DNA from: a bacterium
Lineage (GTDB): Bacteria > Bacteroidota > Ignavibacteria > UBA10030
Length of the DNA: 26,866 nt
Reading direction: 5' to 3'
Assembly (NCBI GenBank): GCA_043803945.1
Contig: JAZDJN010000113.1
Span: forward strand, 1 to 26,866
The notes below the pieces were generated by a model. The model was not told the DNA's origin, searched no databases, and saw nothing but the letters and a program-made list of their open reading frames with translations. Below, piece by piece: positions 1 through 9,012 of this stretch. The position numbers were made by a program, and so were the translations under genes. Positions within the stretch are counted from its first letter, which is position 1; every line of letters starts with the position of its first letter.

Positions 1-141
1 ACTACAGCGACCATGCCCTCCGCAAGGGGGTAGGTCGGCACTACATAGCACTTTTATAGAGAATCGCCTAATGCTCGCTCCATTCGCGGACTTTCATCAG
101 AAAATGATCAAAAATATTTTTGAACTGTCGAACTTGGGTTA
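1..141 (-). mobile_element. Left (5') end of IS1634-family-like insertion sequence, copy 1; element continues off the window to the left
   Basis: Reverse complement of 26666-26806 at 136/141 identity with no gaps (differences at 82, 109, 110, 117, 119). The other copy leads into a transposase-like start. Confidence 0.8.
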
Positions 142-154
142 ACTCTGTTTGTTT

Positions 155-183
155 CTTGGCAGCCTTGGCGTCATGGCGGTTTA
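155..183. repeat. Short CTTGGC-type degenerate repeat cluster (cttggc-agc-cttggc-gt-catggc-ggttta)
   Basis: Three c(t/a)tggc units at 155, 164 and 172, with a degenerate inverted counterpart at about 3725-3746. Confidence 0.5.
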
Positions 184-204
184 TCCTTCAACGCGGTTAT
201 CAAT

Positions 205-238
205 AAAAAAAGCCGACCCCAAATGAAGTCGGCTTTTT
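205..238 (-). terminator. Intrinsic terminator, possibly bidirectional, downstream of the Ig-repeat gene
   Basis: A7-GCCGAC-10 nt loop-GTCGGC-T5, about 20 nt past the stop codon at 260. Confidence 0.85.
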
Positions 239-259
239 GAATTTTAGAATATGAATAGA

Positions 260-3200
260 TTACTTCAAGAGAATTGCTCTGCTTGTGGCGATAAAGGTCT
301 TTCCTGAAGTATTCGACTCTGCAGTCATCCGGATGATGTAGATTCCACTGGCAGCATTCATTGCATTCCAGCTAACCTGATGGATGCCTGCGTTCAAAGA
401 ATTATTGACAAGCTCGGCAATCGGTTTACCGAGGAGGTTATACACCGTGAGCTTCACAGAGCTTCCTTCTGAGAGTGCAAATCGAATGCGTGTCGATGGA
501 TTGAATGGATTCGGGAAATTCTCATAGAGAGCATACTCCATCGGAATAACTTCAGAGATCAATTCAACGGATGTCACTTTATCGACGGTAAATGTCATCG
601 GACTCGACGTACCGCCTCCTGGAGGTGGATTCGTTACTGTGACATTCCGTTCGCCGAGAGCCGCCGTTTTACTGATTGTAATCCTGGCCGTGGCGCTTGT
701 CGCACTGTTCACCGTGAAGGAGATGAGTGTGATATCTGCGCCAAAGGAGACGGTTGTCAAACCCTGGGTAAAGTTAGATCCCGTCAATGTCACGTTTAGA
801 GTGCTATCGAGGTATCCTTTTGCCGGAGTTAGTGTTATTAAGGTCGGAACAGGGTTCACTCCCTTTATGGTGAATGCTTTGGCGAGGGTTACACTTCCTC
901 CACCAGGAGCAGCGTTCGTAACGATAACATCCCGTGCGCCGACTGCTGCTGATAGGGCAACGGTAATATTTGCCTTTAAGGAAGTTTCGCTTGTGAAGGT
1001 AAGATTATTCACTACGATATTGGCACCAAAGTTCAGTGTCGTTACGGTACTATAAAATCCAGTTCCAGTGATCGTCACATCGAGTGTCGTCCCAACCAGC
1101 GTTTCAACTGGTGTCAGAGCAGTTGCCGTTGGCGCAGGATTGACGACTGAAAATCCGTTGGTAAAGGTTGAGGATCCACCCCCAGGAGCAGGAGTTGTCA
1201 CGATCACATCACGCGATCCAGTGGTGATGCTCGAAGCAATCGTTAATATTGCAGTGGCTTGTGTTGCGCTGACGATTGTGAAGGACCCTACGGTAATGCC
1301 AGTTCCAAACGAGACCGTTGTCTGGCCGGTATAGAAATTCTGGCCGGTGATCGTGACATTAACCGAAGTACCTCTCACACCAGAGGCCGGTGCGATTCCA
1401 GTGATTGCAGGCGCTAGATACCCAATTGCGATCGCATTTGGCATACTATATGAACCGCCTCCAGGAGCTGGATTTGTCAGAGTTACAGTCCTTGAGCCTG
1501 GTGTTGCAGATGCACCGATGACAAGGGTCGCGGTCGCTTCAGTGCTGCTTGTAATAGTGAAGTTAGAGACTGTGATTCCAGCGCCAAAGTCAACGGTTGT
1601 GCCGCCGACAATAAAGTTTGAACCACTCAAGGTAACAACTGCTTGTGTTCCAGGCAGAACGATCGATGGTGTTACCTGTGAAAGTACCGGAGCCAGGTTC
1701 CCTACAGTAAATCCTGCATTCACGGTATCGCTTCCTCCACCGGGAGTTGGCGTCGTAATAATCACATCACGAGGACCGCCCGTGGCTGTGGCGGCAATTG
1801 TAATACCCACAGTGGCAAGATTGGAAGCAAGAACGGAGAAGGAATTCACTGTGATCCCTGCGCCGAAACTAATCGTTGAAACATTCTGGGTGAATCCAGT
1901 TCCGTTCACTTGAACGGTCAGCGTGGATCCAACATTGGCATTTTGAGGACTGAGCGATGTGATTTTTGGCGCGTGATATTCGATTAAGAAGACATTTGCA
2001 AGCGTATCCGAACCGCCACCAGGAGCTGCATTCGTGATGACGACAGACCGTGTTCCAACTGCCGCATTGCTAGCGATCGTAATGTTCGCTACACCCTGGT
2101 TTCCGTTCGTCACCGAGAATGAATTGACAGTGATTGCGGTACCAAATGAGGCCGAGGTCATACCGGTGATAAAGTTGGATCCATTTACCGTAACACTGTA
2201 TGTTTGTCCCCTGAGGCCTTTCAGCGTAGAGATGCTTACAATCTGGGGACTTGGATTTTCAATGGCGAAAGCATTTGCAAGTGTTCCCGTACCACCTCCC
2301 GGATTAGCAACGGAAAGGTCGCGGACGCCTGTTGGGGCATCAGGATTCACGGCAATAGTGATGATTGCCTCCTTGTCGCTAACTGCAGTAAATGATTTCA
2401 CGTCAATCATTGATCCAAGATTCACAACTGCTCCAGGAATAAAACCAGAACCTGAAAGGACCAACTCGTACGTCTCTCCGCGAGCACCCGTTGTTTGAGA
2501 AATTGATGTGATGGTCGGAGTCGGGCTACCTGGAGTTGCTACCAGCCATTCGCTGAAGTGCGTGACACCTCTCAGGATGAGAAATCCCGGTTTGGATTGA
2601 GAATCGATCTGTTCAGGTGGAAATTGTTTCCAGATCCCATCGGGTCCTCTTGTAAAGATCAGATCGCCAGGACTTCCTGGCAAGGTGATATCTACTTTAA
2701 ATCCTATGGCATCTGTTTCGATCGCCCAGACGGTCGGCTTTGGAGTTGCTCCAATCCGCCCCCCTCCAACACCTTGGAAAGAAGCCGGAATAGGCAGGTC
2801 AGGCATTTTATTGATTGTAATGTTCGCACCACCTGTACCAATTGAATCAAATTTTAACTGGACATCGGTAGTACCGACTGTAATCGTTTTTCCGGTATCC
2901 GTTGCTGCAACCGGTTGAGTCACAGTCACTGCAGGAACAAATGCATAGACCGGAAATACTTCTGTCTTATTATTCATCCCGTCAAAATACTTGAATGTCA
3001 GAGTACCCGATCCGTTACCAACTGCTGATGCCATAAAGGTAAAATCACTCGTCGCTGATGAATTTGCAGGATAAGTTCTCTTGAGAGCAGTGAGTGAATT
3101 CACGGATGCATTCATCCAACCTTGAGAACCCGTTATAGAGGTTATCGAACCGATACCACTTCCGGCATTTAAAGCCGTAATTGGAATTACTTTCGAGGCC

Positions 3201-3379
3201 CCAACAGACAAGGTACCAAAACTGAGAGTATCGGGAGTGATGATAAATTTTGCTGTGTCAGAGGCTGTAATGCGAGCCGGTAGTTTCTGTGCCTGGCTCA
3301 CGGAACACATGATTGCTATCAGTGCAAAGACCATTGCGAATTGAAGAAAGAATCTACCACCTTTGTAGCGTTTCATCAT
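260..3379 (-). CDS. Secreted Ig-like (IPT/TIG-type) repeat surface protein with T9SS type-A-like C-terminal sorting domain
   Basis: Signal peptide ending SQA-Q; N-terminal Ig-like domain (PDTLSFGTLSVG); seven ~93-aa repeats (P.I..I.P..G..G....V...G.NF...SFG..ITV...R.V.VT...PGGG); C-terminal YALYENFPNPFNPSTRIRF...VYNLLG...SGIYI domain; GGAGGA RBS at 3384-3389. Confidence 0.88.
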   Translation of the reverse strand: MMKRYKGGRFFLQFAMVFALIAIMCSVSQAQKLPARITASDTAKFIITPDTLSFGTLSVGASKVIPITALNAGSGIGSITSITGSQGWMNASVNSLTALKRTYPANSSATSDFTFMASAVGNGSGTLTFKYFDGMNNKTEVFPVYAFVPAVTVTQPVAATDTGKTITVGTTDVQLKFDSIGTGGANITINKMPDLPIPASFQGVGGGRIGATPKPTVWAIETDAIGFKVDITLPGSPGDLIFTRGPDGIWKQFPPEQIDSQSKPGFLILRGVTHFSEWLVATPGSPTPTITSISQTTGARGETYELVLSGSGFIPGAVVNLGSMIDVKSFTAVSDKEAIITIAVNPDAPTGVRDLSVANPGGGTGTLANAFAIENPSPQIVSISTLKGLRGQTYSVTVNGSNFITGMTSASFGTAITVNSFSVTNGNQGVANITIASNAAVGTRSVVITNAAPGGGSDTLANVFLIEYHAPKITSLSPQNANVGSTLTVQVNGTGFTQNVSTISFGAGITVNSFSVLASNLATVGITIAATATGGPRDVIITTPTPGGGSDTVNAGFTVGNLAPVLSQVTPSIVLPGTQAVVTLSGSNFIVGGTTVDFGAGITVSNFTITSSTEATATLVIGASATPGSRTVTLTNPAPGGGSYSMPNAIAIGYLAPAITGIAPASGVRGTSVNVTITGQNFYTGQTTVSFGTGITVGSFTIVSATQATAILTIASSITTGSRDVIVTTPAPGGGSSTFTNGFSVVNPAPTATALTPVETLVGTTLDVTITGTGFYSTVTTLNFGANIVVNNLTFTSETSLKANITVALSAAVGARDVIVTNAAPGGGSVTLAKAFTIKGVNPVPTLITLTPAKGYLDSTLNVTLTGSNFTQGLTTVSFGADITLISFTVNSATSATARITISKTAALGERNVTVTNPPPGGGTSSPMTFTVDKVTSVELISEVIPMEYALYENFPNPFNPSTRIRFALSEGSSVKLTVYNLLGKPIAELVNNSLNAGIHQVSWNAMNAASGIYIIRMTAESNTSGKTFIATSRAILLK

Positions 3380-3571
3380 TTACTCCTCCATCGATTAATC
3401 TTCCCTCTTACCCCAATACGGTATATTAACGAGGACCGCTATTGATAAATACTGCCTTATGATTTCCGGATATCAGTACATTGCAATGCAAAAAAGCATT
3501 GCCCATTGTGAGTATTTGCTCAGGGCTCTCTTTGCTTAAGAAAGCTAAACCTTCCCCTATAATTCTGTAAA

Positions 3572-3600
3572 AAAGTAACCATATCTATCGTTAGAGTCAA
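3572..3600 (-). promoter_or_regulatory. Putative sigma70-type promoter for the Ig-repeat gene
   Basis: Minus strand TTGACT-N17-TACTTT, about 190 nt upstream of the ATG. Confidence 0.5.
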
Positions 3601-3810
3601 GCAAAATCTCCTTTAAAACCTCTAACTAATAACCACTTACGCAAAAAAGTTTGAAGTAACTATTCTGATTGATGTTTGATACAGGTCACTGCATCCTAAT
3701 TTAGTTCTAGCTGAAAAACTTGCTGCCAATACGCCAAAGCACGAAGTATGACGAGTTTTTAAAAATTGCTATAAACCTCTTATTGATTCTGTAACATAGT
3801 GGTTATTCTT

Positions 3811-5976
3811 TCAGTGAGAACTTTTTAAGAGTTCCTCTGCCTGGAATCTATACTGGCCGGAAGAAAAACGCTCAAGGTATTTCCTGAGAATGGTTCTTCC
3901 CTGCTCTCTTTCACCAGACAATACTTTGACTCTTCCTAAACCTAACAACGCCGACTCTGATTCTGGTTCCAGCTTAAGCCAATTTTCATAAATTTTTTCT
4001 GCACGATCAAATCGCCTGAGGGAATCATAAGTCATTGCCATAAGTCTTAGATCTCTTGGTACAAGCTCCAGGGAATCCACATTGACTCGATTATACCATT
4101 TGGCTGCTTCCATAAAATTCCCATTCAGGAGAGCATATTCTCCAAGACCTATATAGGCGTATCCCTGTTCAGGGAGGTTATGCTGAACAGCGCCATCATA
4201 GAAATTCTTGGCCTGTGTAACTCCCCCATTTTCCCGAAGCAGCCGCAATGTCACATAATAGAAGGTGAGATGATCACGATAACGTTTTTGTGTCCTATCC
4301 GCAGCAGAATCTATGAGCTCTCGATGAAACCGATCGACCACCCGCTGTAAAAGCGGGATATCGCTCTGAGTTAGAGACGCTTTGTTCAGAGCAATCACTA
4401 AATTTTCGTAGTATCGCATGTTGTCCGATGATTCTACTGCTTTCGCGAGATAATAAGGCTCACCCCTGCCAATCTTTTCTATCCTAGATTGGATAGCCAA
4501 TGTTTCATAGCCATATGCAGTCCTGTCTTCACCGACATTCGTTTTATCCATTTCCAGAATATTCTCAAAGCGTGCGAAGGAGGCAGGCTTGCTAGAATTC
4601 ACGGCAATCCAGGGAATCGTTGTTAGGAGCAGAAGGCTGAAGAGCGTAAGGCTCATCCGTTGAATTCCAATTCCTTCAGAATCAGCCGATCCAAAAAGCC
4701 ATACTCCCAGAAGTACGGCTGGAACCCCCAGCGAGGCGGTCAAATCCCAATCCCGTGCGAAGCCAATATCCGTATTCGCGACGAAGTTAAAGAATTGAGT
4801 GAAAAAGAGCGCAGGGATCAGTAACAAAATCTCCTTTTGATTCCAACGAATCTGCCGTGCACCAAAAAGAATAGACACAATAAGAAGAACAATCCCCAAA
4901 AGTGCAGAAAGTACAATACCATTCATGTAATCGGCAAGATGCTGGAGCGAGAACATCGTATAGCTGATTCTTACATCGAGACTCACCACGGGAAGAAAAT
5001 TCCGGCGAAGCTGGTACTCTCCGCTCAAGAATAATCCTATCGCAAACAGTAGAAGGAAAATGCCAAGCGATGTCGCGATCCATCGTATGGTGAGAAAGCG
5101 GTCGAGACTCGTACGGTGTAACAGGAGGAGAAAGAGGAGATAGATGGGAAGATGGATGATGGCCAGGAAGTGAATCCCAAGAGTTAAGATAAACCAGATC
5201 GTTGCTGGCCAGTGTGAAGATCCTTTCGCAATTGCTTTCAGCGCGGCCAGAAGAAAGAGTGAACTGCAGAGATGGAGGAGCGTGTAATATTCGATGTATC
5301 CAAAGTAAAGAAGGATTGCGCCTTGACTCAGAAACGCCGTGATGAAGAGGACTCGAAGTCCACACCGTTGAATTACGGTGAAAGCAAAATTGAGAAGAGC
5401 ATAAAGAAGAATCCCACCGGCAAGACATGAGATCATCTGGAATAGCACCTCGGGAGGAATTTGGAACGTGCCTTGTCCAATTCTCGATACCAGATAATAG
5501 AAGGCTGCGGAGAGAGGTGTTCGGGTACCAAACGCAATCGGAAAGATTTTCAGAAATGAGGAAAACTTTTGAACCAGCAACGCTTCCGTGACGAGCAGTT
5601 GACCGTCACCCAGAAGAACTGTGCTCACCCTGAAGTACCAGAACATCGGAAGTGAAAGAATTCCTGCAACAATAAATACGTGTTTGTCGAGAGGTACCTT
5701 TTTGAAATACTTTAATCTCAGAGAATGAAATAATGCAACGATGCGATCCTGCACCGGCGGAATTATCAAGCTCACTGCCAGAAGCGTAAGTATGACACGC
5801 CAGAGACGAGGGAGATAGGCGAGATGATTGATTCCCCACAAACGGAAATTGGGAGATAATTCAGAAGTCAAGTAAAGCAGAAGAATGACCAAGAGTGAGA
5901 AAGCAGTGATACTCCACTTTCCATTATCATTGGTCCTTTTTTCTCTGCTCCGACTGGGTTGATTTTTTTCGTTCAT
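3811..5976 (-). CDS. Polytopic membrane protein with C-terminal TPR region; possible GT-C-fold glycosyltransferase
   Basis: More than 10 hydrophobic segments; loop motifs LGDG, IEYY and ARDWDL; TPR-like helices (AYIGLGEYALL, ALLGLGRV). Start set at MNEK (5976) because the ATG at 6024 lies inside a palindromic repeat. Confidence 0.7.
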   Translation of the reverse strand: MNEKNQPSRSREKRTNDNGKWSITAFSLLVILLLYLTSELSPNFRLWGINHLAYLPRLWRVILTLLAVSLIIPPVQDRIVALFHSLRLKYFKKVPLDKHVFIVAGILSLPMFWYFRVSTVLLGDGQLLVTEALLVQKFSSFLKIFPIAFGTRTPLSAAFYYLVSRIGQGTFQIPPEVLFQMISCLAGGILLYALLNFAFTVIQRCGLRVLFITAFLSQGAILLYFGYIEYYTLLHLCSSLFLLAALKAIAKGSSHWPATIWFILTLGIHFLAIIHLPIYLLFLLLLHRTSLDRFLTIRWIATSLGIFLLLFAIGLFLSGEYQLRRNFLPVVSLDVRISYTMFSLQHLADYMNGIVLSALLGIVLLIVSILFGARQIRWNQKEILLLIPALFFTQFFNFVANTDIGFARDWDLTASLGVPAVLLGVWLFGSADSEGIGIQRMSLTLFSLLLLTTIPWIAVNSSKPASFARFENILEMDKTNVGEDRTAYGYETLAIQSRIEKIGRGEPYYLAKAVESSDNMRYYENLVIALNKASLTQSDIPLLQRVVDRFHRELIDSAADRTQKRYRDHLTFYYVTLRLLRENGGVTQAKNFYDGAVQHNLPEQGYAYIGLGEYALLNGNFMEAAKWYNRVNVDSLELVPRDLRLMAMTYDSLRRFDRAEKIYENWLKLEPESESALLGLGRVKVLSGEREQGRTILRKYLERFSSGQYRFQAEELLKSSH

Positions 5977-5987
5977 GGTAAAAGGGA

Positions 5988-6080
5988 TAGTGATCCCCGA
6001 CTGTTGTTGTCGGGGATCTACCATGCGATGGATTCAGTGTCATTCAGTAGATCCCAAACTGAAGCACTTTGGGACCACTA
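5988..6080. repeat. 93-bp REP/MITE-like multi-hairpin element, copy A
   Basis: Ends TAGTGATCCC...GGGACCACTA; internal stems GATCCCCGAC/GTCGGGGATC and GGATCTAC/GTAGATCC. Direct-orientation copy at 26510-26602. Confidence 0.8.
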
Positions 6081-6089
6081 TTTTTTTCT

Positions 6090-6196
6090 TGTCATCTCTG
6101 CATACCTCAAGAGGGGATCTGGTTCTATATCTTTCCAGATTCCCTGCCTGCCGTAGCGAAGTGCAGGCAGGTCGATTAAAGCACTCGGAAATGACA
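6090..6196. repeat. Degenerate TGTCAT...ATGACA REP-like element with a nested 29-bp CCTG hairpin (6143-6171)
   Basis: Terminal TGTCAT/ATGACA; shares GGGGATCT and AAGCACT with the adjacent element; inner CCTGCCTGC...GCAGGCAGG palindrome. Confidence 0.65.
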
Positions 6197-6287
6197 TTGA
6201 TCTTTCTCTATTTGTTTGTTGTTACACACTGACGATTGAAGAATACACTTTATTCATCGACTATCTTGATGCTTTCAATAATGTGAG

Positions 6288-7289
6288 TTATTGACTCAAT
6301 GCCCTCAGCACTCCAGCAACGCTGCCGATGCAGCAGACAAGATGGTCGATAAAAAGAATCGGGATCATGACGATCATAGCAAATAATCCCCGGACCTGCT
6401 CTAGGTAATTCAGGAACCGAACATTTACCAATCCATAGAGTGCAAGGCCAACATAGGAAGGCGTTGGACCGATGACGTCAAAAGCCGATAAGAGCAGCGT
6501 CACGAAAAGCGGGAACGAGATGATTGTCGAGATGATAAACTCCGGGTAGACATTCGCGAATCCTCGCTGAAATGACCGGGCGACATCGCCGAGCTTCAGC
6601 GCCAGCTCTGCAAATCCGGCGCTGCGGTTGAATTGATTTTTAATGAACGAACTCAAAGAGTACCGCTTCAGATGTTCAACTTCGATCTCCATGCTGAGCA
6701 TGATGCTGAGATCATGGAGGGTCAGCCGTTTACCCAGTTCGATATCATCGTTGCCATGCTTCGCCATCAGCTTCACATCGAAGCCGCCGATCTCGCGGAA
6801 AGCTGCCTGTTTAATGCCGGAGATGGCACCGAACATCCAGTCAATCTCCGGGGGACTTTTAAGGTACGAGTACCGAACCCAGAGATTTTTATACTGGCTG
6901 ATGAAGGATTCGTGACGATGCTTCGCCGTATAGATTCCCACAACCGCATCGACTTCAAACTCATCCAGATGCTCAACGATGAGTGTAATAGTGTCTCGCT
7001 GCACGACAACGTCGCAATCGATGAATACCAGAACCTCTCCGCTTGCCGCTTGAGCACCGAGATTCCGAGCGTAATTTGCACCTCCACCCCGTGCGCAACG
7101 GACCACTGTACACTGAAATTGATCAGCAATCAGTGTGCTGTGATCAGTCGAGTGATCGTCGACCACAATGATTTCTATCTTCTTATAATCAGATTTTCTC
7201 AATGCCCGCAGGCAGGAGGAAAGATACTGCGCCCCATTCCTGATGGGGATTATAACGGAGACTGATGTTGACAAATTCGTTTGTTGCAC
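6288..7289 (-). CDS. Glycosyltransferase family 2 with C-terminal membrane segments
   Basis: SVIIP, IIVVDDHSTD, ARNLGA, FIDCD (DxD), GGFD and DDIELG motifs; GTG start. Confidence 0.92.
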   Translation of the reverse strand: MQQTNLSTSVSVIIPIRNGAQYLSSCLRALRKSDYKKIEIIVVDDHSTDHSTLIADQFQCTVVRCARGGGANYARNLGAQAASGEVLVFIDCDVVVQRDTITLIVEHLDEFEVDAVVGIYTAKHRHESFISQYKNLWVRYSYLKSPPEIDWMFGAISGIKQAAFREIGGFDVKLMAKHGNDDIELGKRLTLHDLSIMLSMEIEVEHLKRYSLSSFIKNQFNRSAGFAELALKLGDVARSFQRGFANVYPEFIISTIISFPLFVTLLLSAFDVIGPTPSYVGLALYGLVNVRFLNYLEQVRGLFAMIVMIPILFIDHLVCCIGSVAGVLRALSQ

Positions 7290-7419
7290 GGTTGTATTTA
7301 CAAAAAGCTGTTTAATGATCCGCGATCGTCATGATTTTCTGTTACTGAAAATCCGCATGGAAGTGTAAAAGAACATACCGAAGGGATAGCTCTGAATCAA
7401 TAAAAAAGCTCTAAAAAAA

Positions 7420-7469
7420 TTACTCACTACACTGAGTAAATTTACTCAGGATACTGAGATAATTACTCC
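7420..7469. promoter_or_regulatory. Putative operator array of TTACTCA/TGAGTAA half-sites
   Basis: TTACTC(A/C) at 7420, 7442 and 7463; TGAG(T/A) half-sites at 7433 and 7455; perfect 18-bp palindrome CTGAGTAAATTTACTCAG at 7432-7449. Confidence 0.55.
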
Positions 7470-7507
7470 TCATCTACAGTGTGCAATATCAATTAACCTA
7501 GACCTCG

Positions 7508-8440
7508 TCAAGTATCGTGTGTTGTAAATGTTTGGCTTCGAAACGGGGAATATTTGAATTGCTGCAGTGCTCTGGCATAGGCCTCTGAACGCTGCTGCAA
7601 TTTCTTCTCCCTGAAGAGTACAGCGAGCACCGACATGCTGCTGATCCGAACGGCCATGCCGCATCGGATCAGCAAAGTTGCTGTTCTGGCGATGAAACGG
7701 GAAGAATGCTTCTGAAAGAACAGCTGTTCACTGCGGGCAAAGTTCAGAAAAAAAGTCGCCATATCTTGCCATGAACTATGACCCGTGGTGTGCGTCGCCA
7801 CTGCAGAGGGAACAAAGAGGATTGTCAATCCTGCCTGGGAGGCTCGATAACAAAGATCAATATCTTCAAAATAGAGAAAGAACCGCTCATCAAATCCACT
7901 CAGTGCCGCAAAATCAGTTCTTCGGATGAGCATACAGGCAGCTGTTACGGAAGGTGCGGTGCATTGATAATCGCTTCGGTGGGTTATCAGTGGGAGATAC
8001 CCTGAATATGGGAGGATTGTTTTAAGGACGAGCAGCCAAAGGTTTGGAATCTTGTAGATCGTCGGTGATATCTTACCTCCGGCATCTCTCAGGGCAGGTG
8101 CAGCGATTGAGGCCTCCTCCGATATCAGCGCCTTGACGAGTCCAGCAACCGTCTCCTGCTGCAGTTCAACATCGGGATTGAGAAAAAGAATATACTCCCC
8201 TGTTGCCGCTCGTGCTCCCTGATTACAGGCTTTCGCAAAACCATGATTCTCCTCATTGGCGATGAGCTTGAGCTTTGGCGAGAATGATTGAGCGACTGTT
8301 CGACTGCTATCAACGGAGTGATTATCGACGACAATAATTTCCAGGTCCAGCGGATCTCCCTCCTGTGCAGTCAAGGCATCCAGGCATCGCTTCAGGACAG
8401 AGCTAGAATTAAAGGAGACGATGATAACCGAAATTTTCAT
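7508..8440 (-). CDS. Glycosyltransferase family 2 (WbbL-like, putative rhamnosyltransferase)
   Basis: MKISVIIVSFN, VVDNHSVD, NHGFAKACNQG, FLNPD and GFDERFFLYFEDIDLC motifs. ATG at 8440 overlaps the upstream TGA (ATGA). Confidence 0.92.
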   Translation of the reverse strand: MKISVIIVSFNSSSVLKRCLDALTAQEGDPLDLEIIVVDNHSVDSSRTVAQSFSPKLKLIANEENHGFAKACNQGARAATGEYILFLNPDVELQQETVAGLVKALISEEASIAAPALRDAGGKISPTIYKIPNLWLLVLKTILPYSGYLPLITHRSDYQCTAPSVTAACMLIRRTDFAALSGFDERFFLYFEDIDLCYRASQAGLTILFVPSAVATHTTGHSSWQDMATFFLNFARSEQLFFQKHSSRFIARTATLLIRCGMAVRISSMSVLAVLFREKKLQQRSEAYARALQQFKYSPFRSQTFTTHDT

Positions 8441-9012
8441 TCCGGTCCTTTCATCCATTTGGCAACCGTCAATGCAGTAGTTCTAAACACCAAATAGACA
8501 AAACCCAGCGGAAAGAGAAAAATCCAACTGAGTATCTCCAGAAGTTCCCGACCAATGCCATGCGTATGTCCCCCCTGCCGGCGCCAGTTCCAATGCTGGT
8601 GGACAATGGACCAACTGCTTCGATTGAAAATAAATCCATCGCCGTTCTCATTTATTACAATGAAGCAATGGGCATTGGAGAGCAGAGCCAAAAGCTTCAG
8701 TAAGCCATACGAGGGCTCACCCGTCCAGGTCATGACACAAACGTCAAAATCCTTTTTTCGAAGGTTACGAAGAAATACGAGACGCTGTGCAACCGTCTCC
8801 GAAGTCAGGGACGTAAGAATTTCTGTATACTCGCCTTCGGGATAATATTCCTCACGCTGGAGAATACTCCATGAGAGATGTGGCATCCAGTTTTTCAACC
8901 TCGATAAGATAAGCTCTTTATGTGCATTCGTACATGATAATATTATCAATCCATGCTGATAGGCTGCGAGGTCTGGAGGGGCATTTCTTATAATAGTAAT
9001 TAATCCTCTCAT
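8437..9012 (-). CDS. Hypothetical protein with C-terminal membrane anchor
   Basis: 191 aa with ATGA overlaps to both neighbours; hydrophobic C-terminus (ILSWIFLFPLGFVYLVF). Confidence 0.75.
   Translation of the reverse strand: MRGLITIIRNAPPDLAAYQHGLIILSCTNAHKELILSRLKNWMPHLSWSILQREEYYPEGEYTEILTSLTSETVAQRLVFLRNLRKKDFDVCVMTWTGEPSYGLLKLLALLSNAHCFIVINENGDGFIFNRSSWSIVHQHWNWRRQGGHTHGIGRELLEILSWIFLFPLGFVYLVFRTTALTVAKWMKGPE

Noticed and set aside
639-2918. Series of plus-strand ORFs (639-1055, 1068-1334, 1347-1913, 2034-2498 and others)
   Set aside because: Antisense shadows of the Thr/Val/Gly-rich Ig-repeat gene. They mirror its repeat period and have no independent motifs.
3380-3570. Riboswitch in the long leader of the Ig-repeat gene
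   Set aside because: Only small palindromes are present (GCAATGC-A6-GCATTGC, TGAG-N6-CTCA), with no recognisable aptamer consensus.
4787-5428. 213-aa alternative-frame ORF and other short nested ORFs
   Set aside because: Fully embedded in well-supported genes, with atypical composition and no motifs.
5977-6024. ATG at 6024 as start of the TM-TPR gene
   Set aside because: It lies within the 93-bp repeat element, and the same ATG is present in the other copy of that element.
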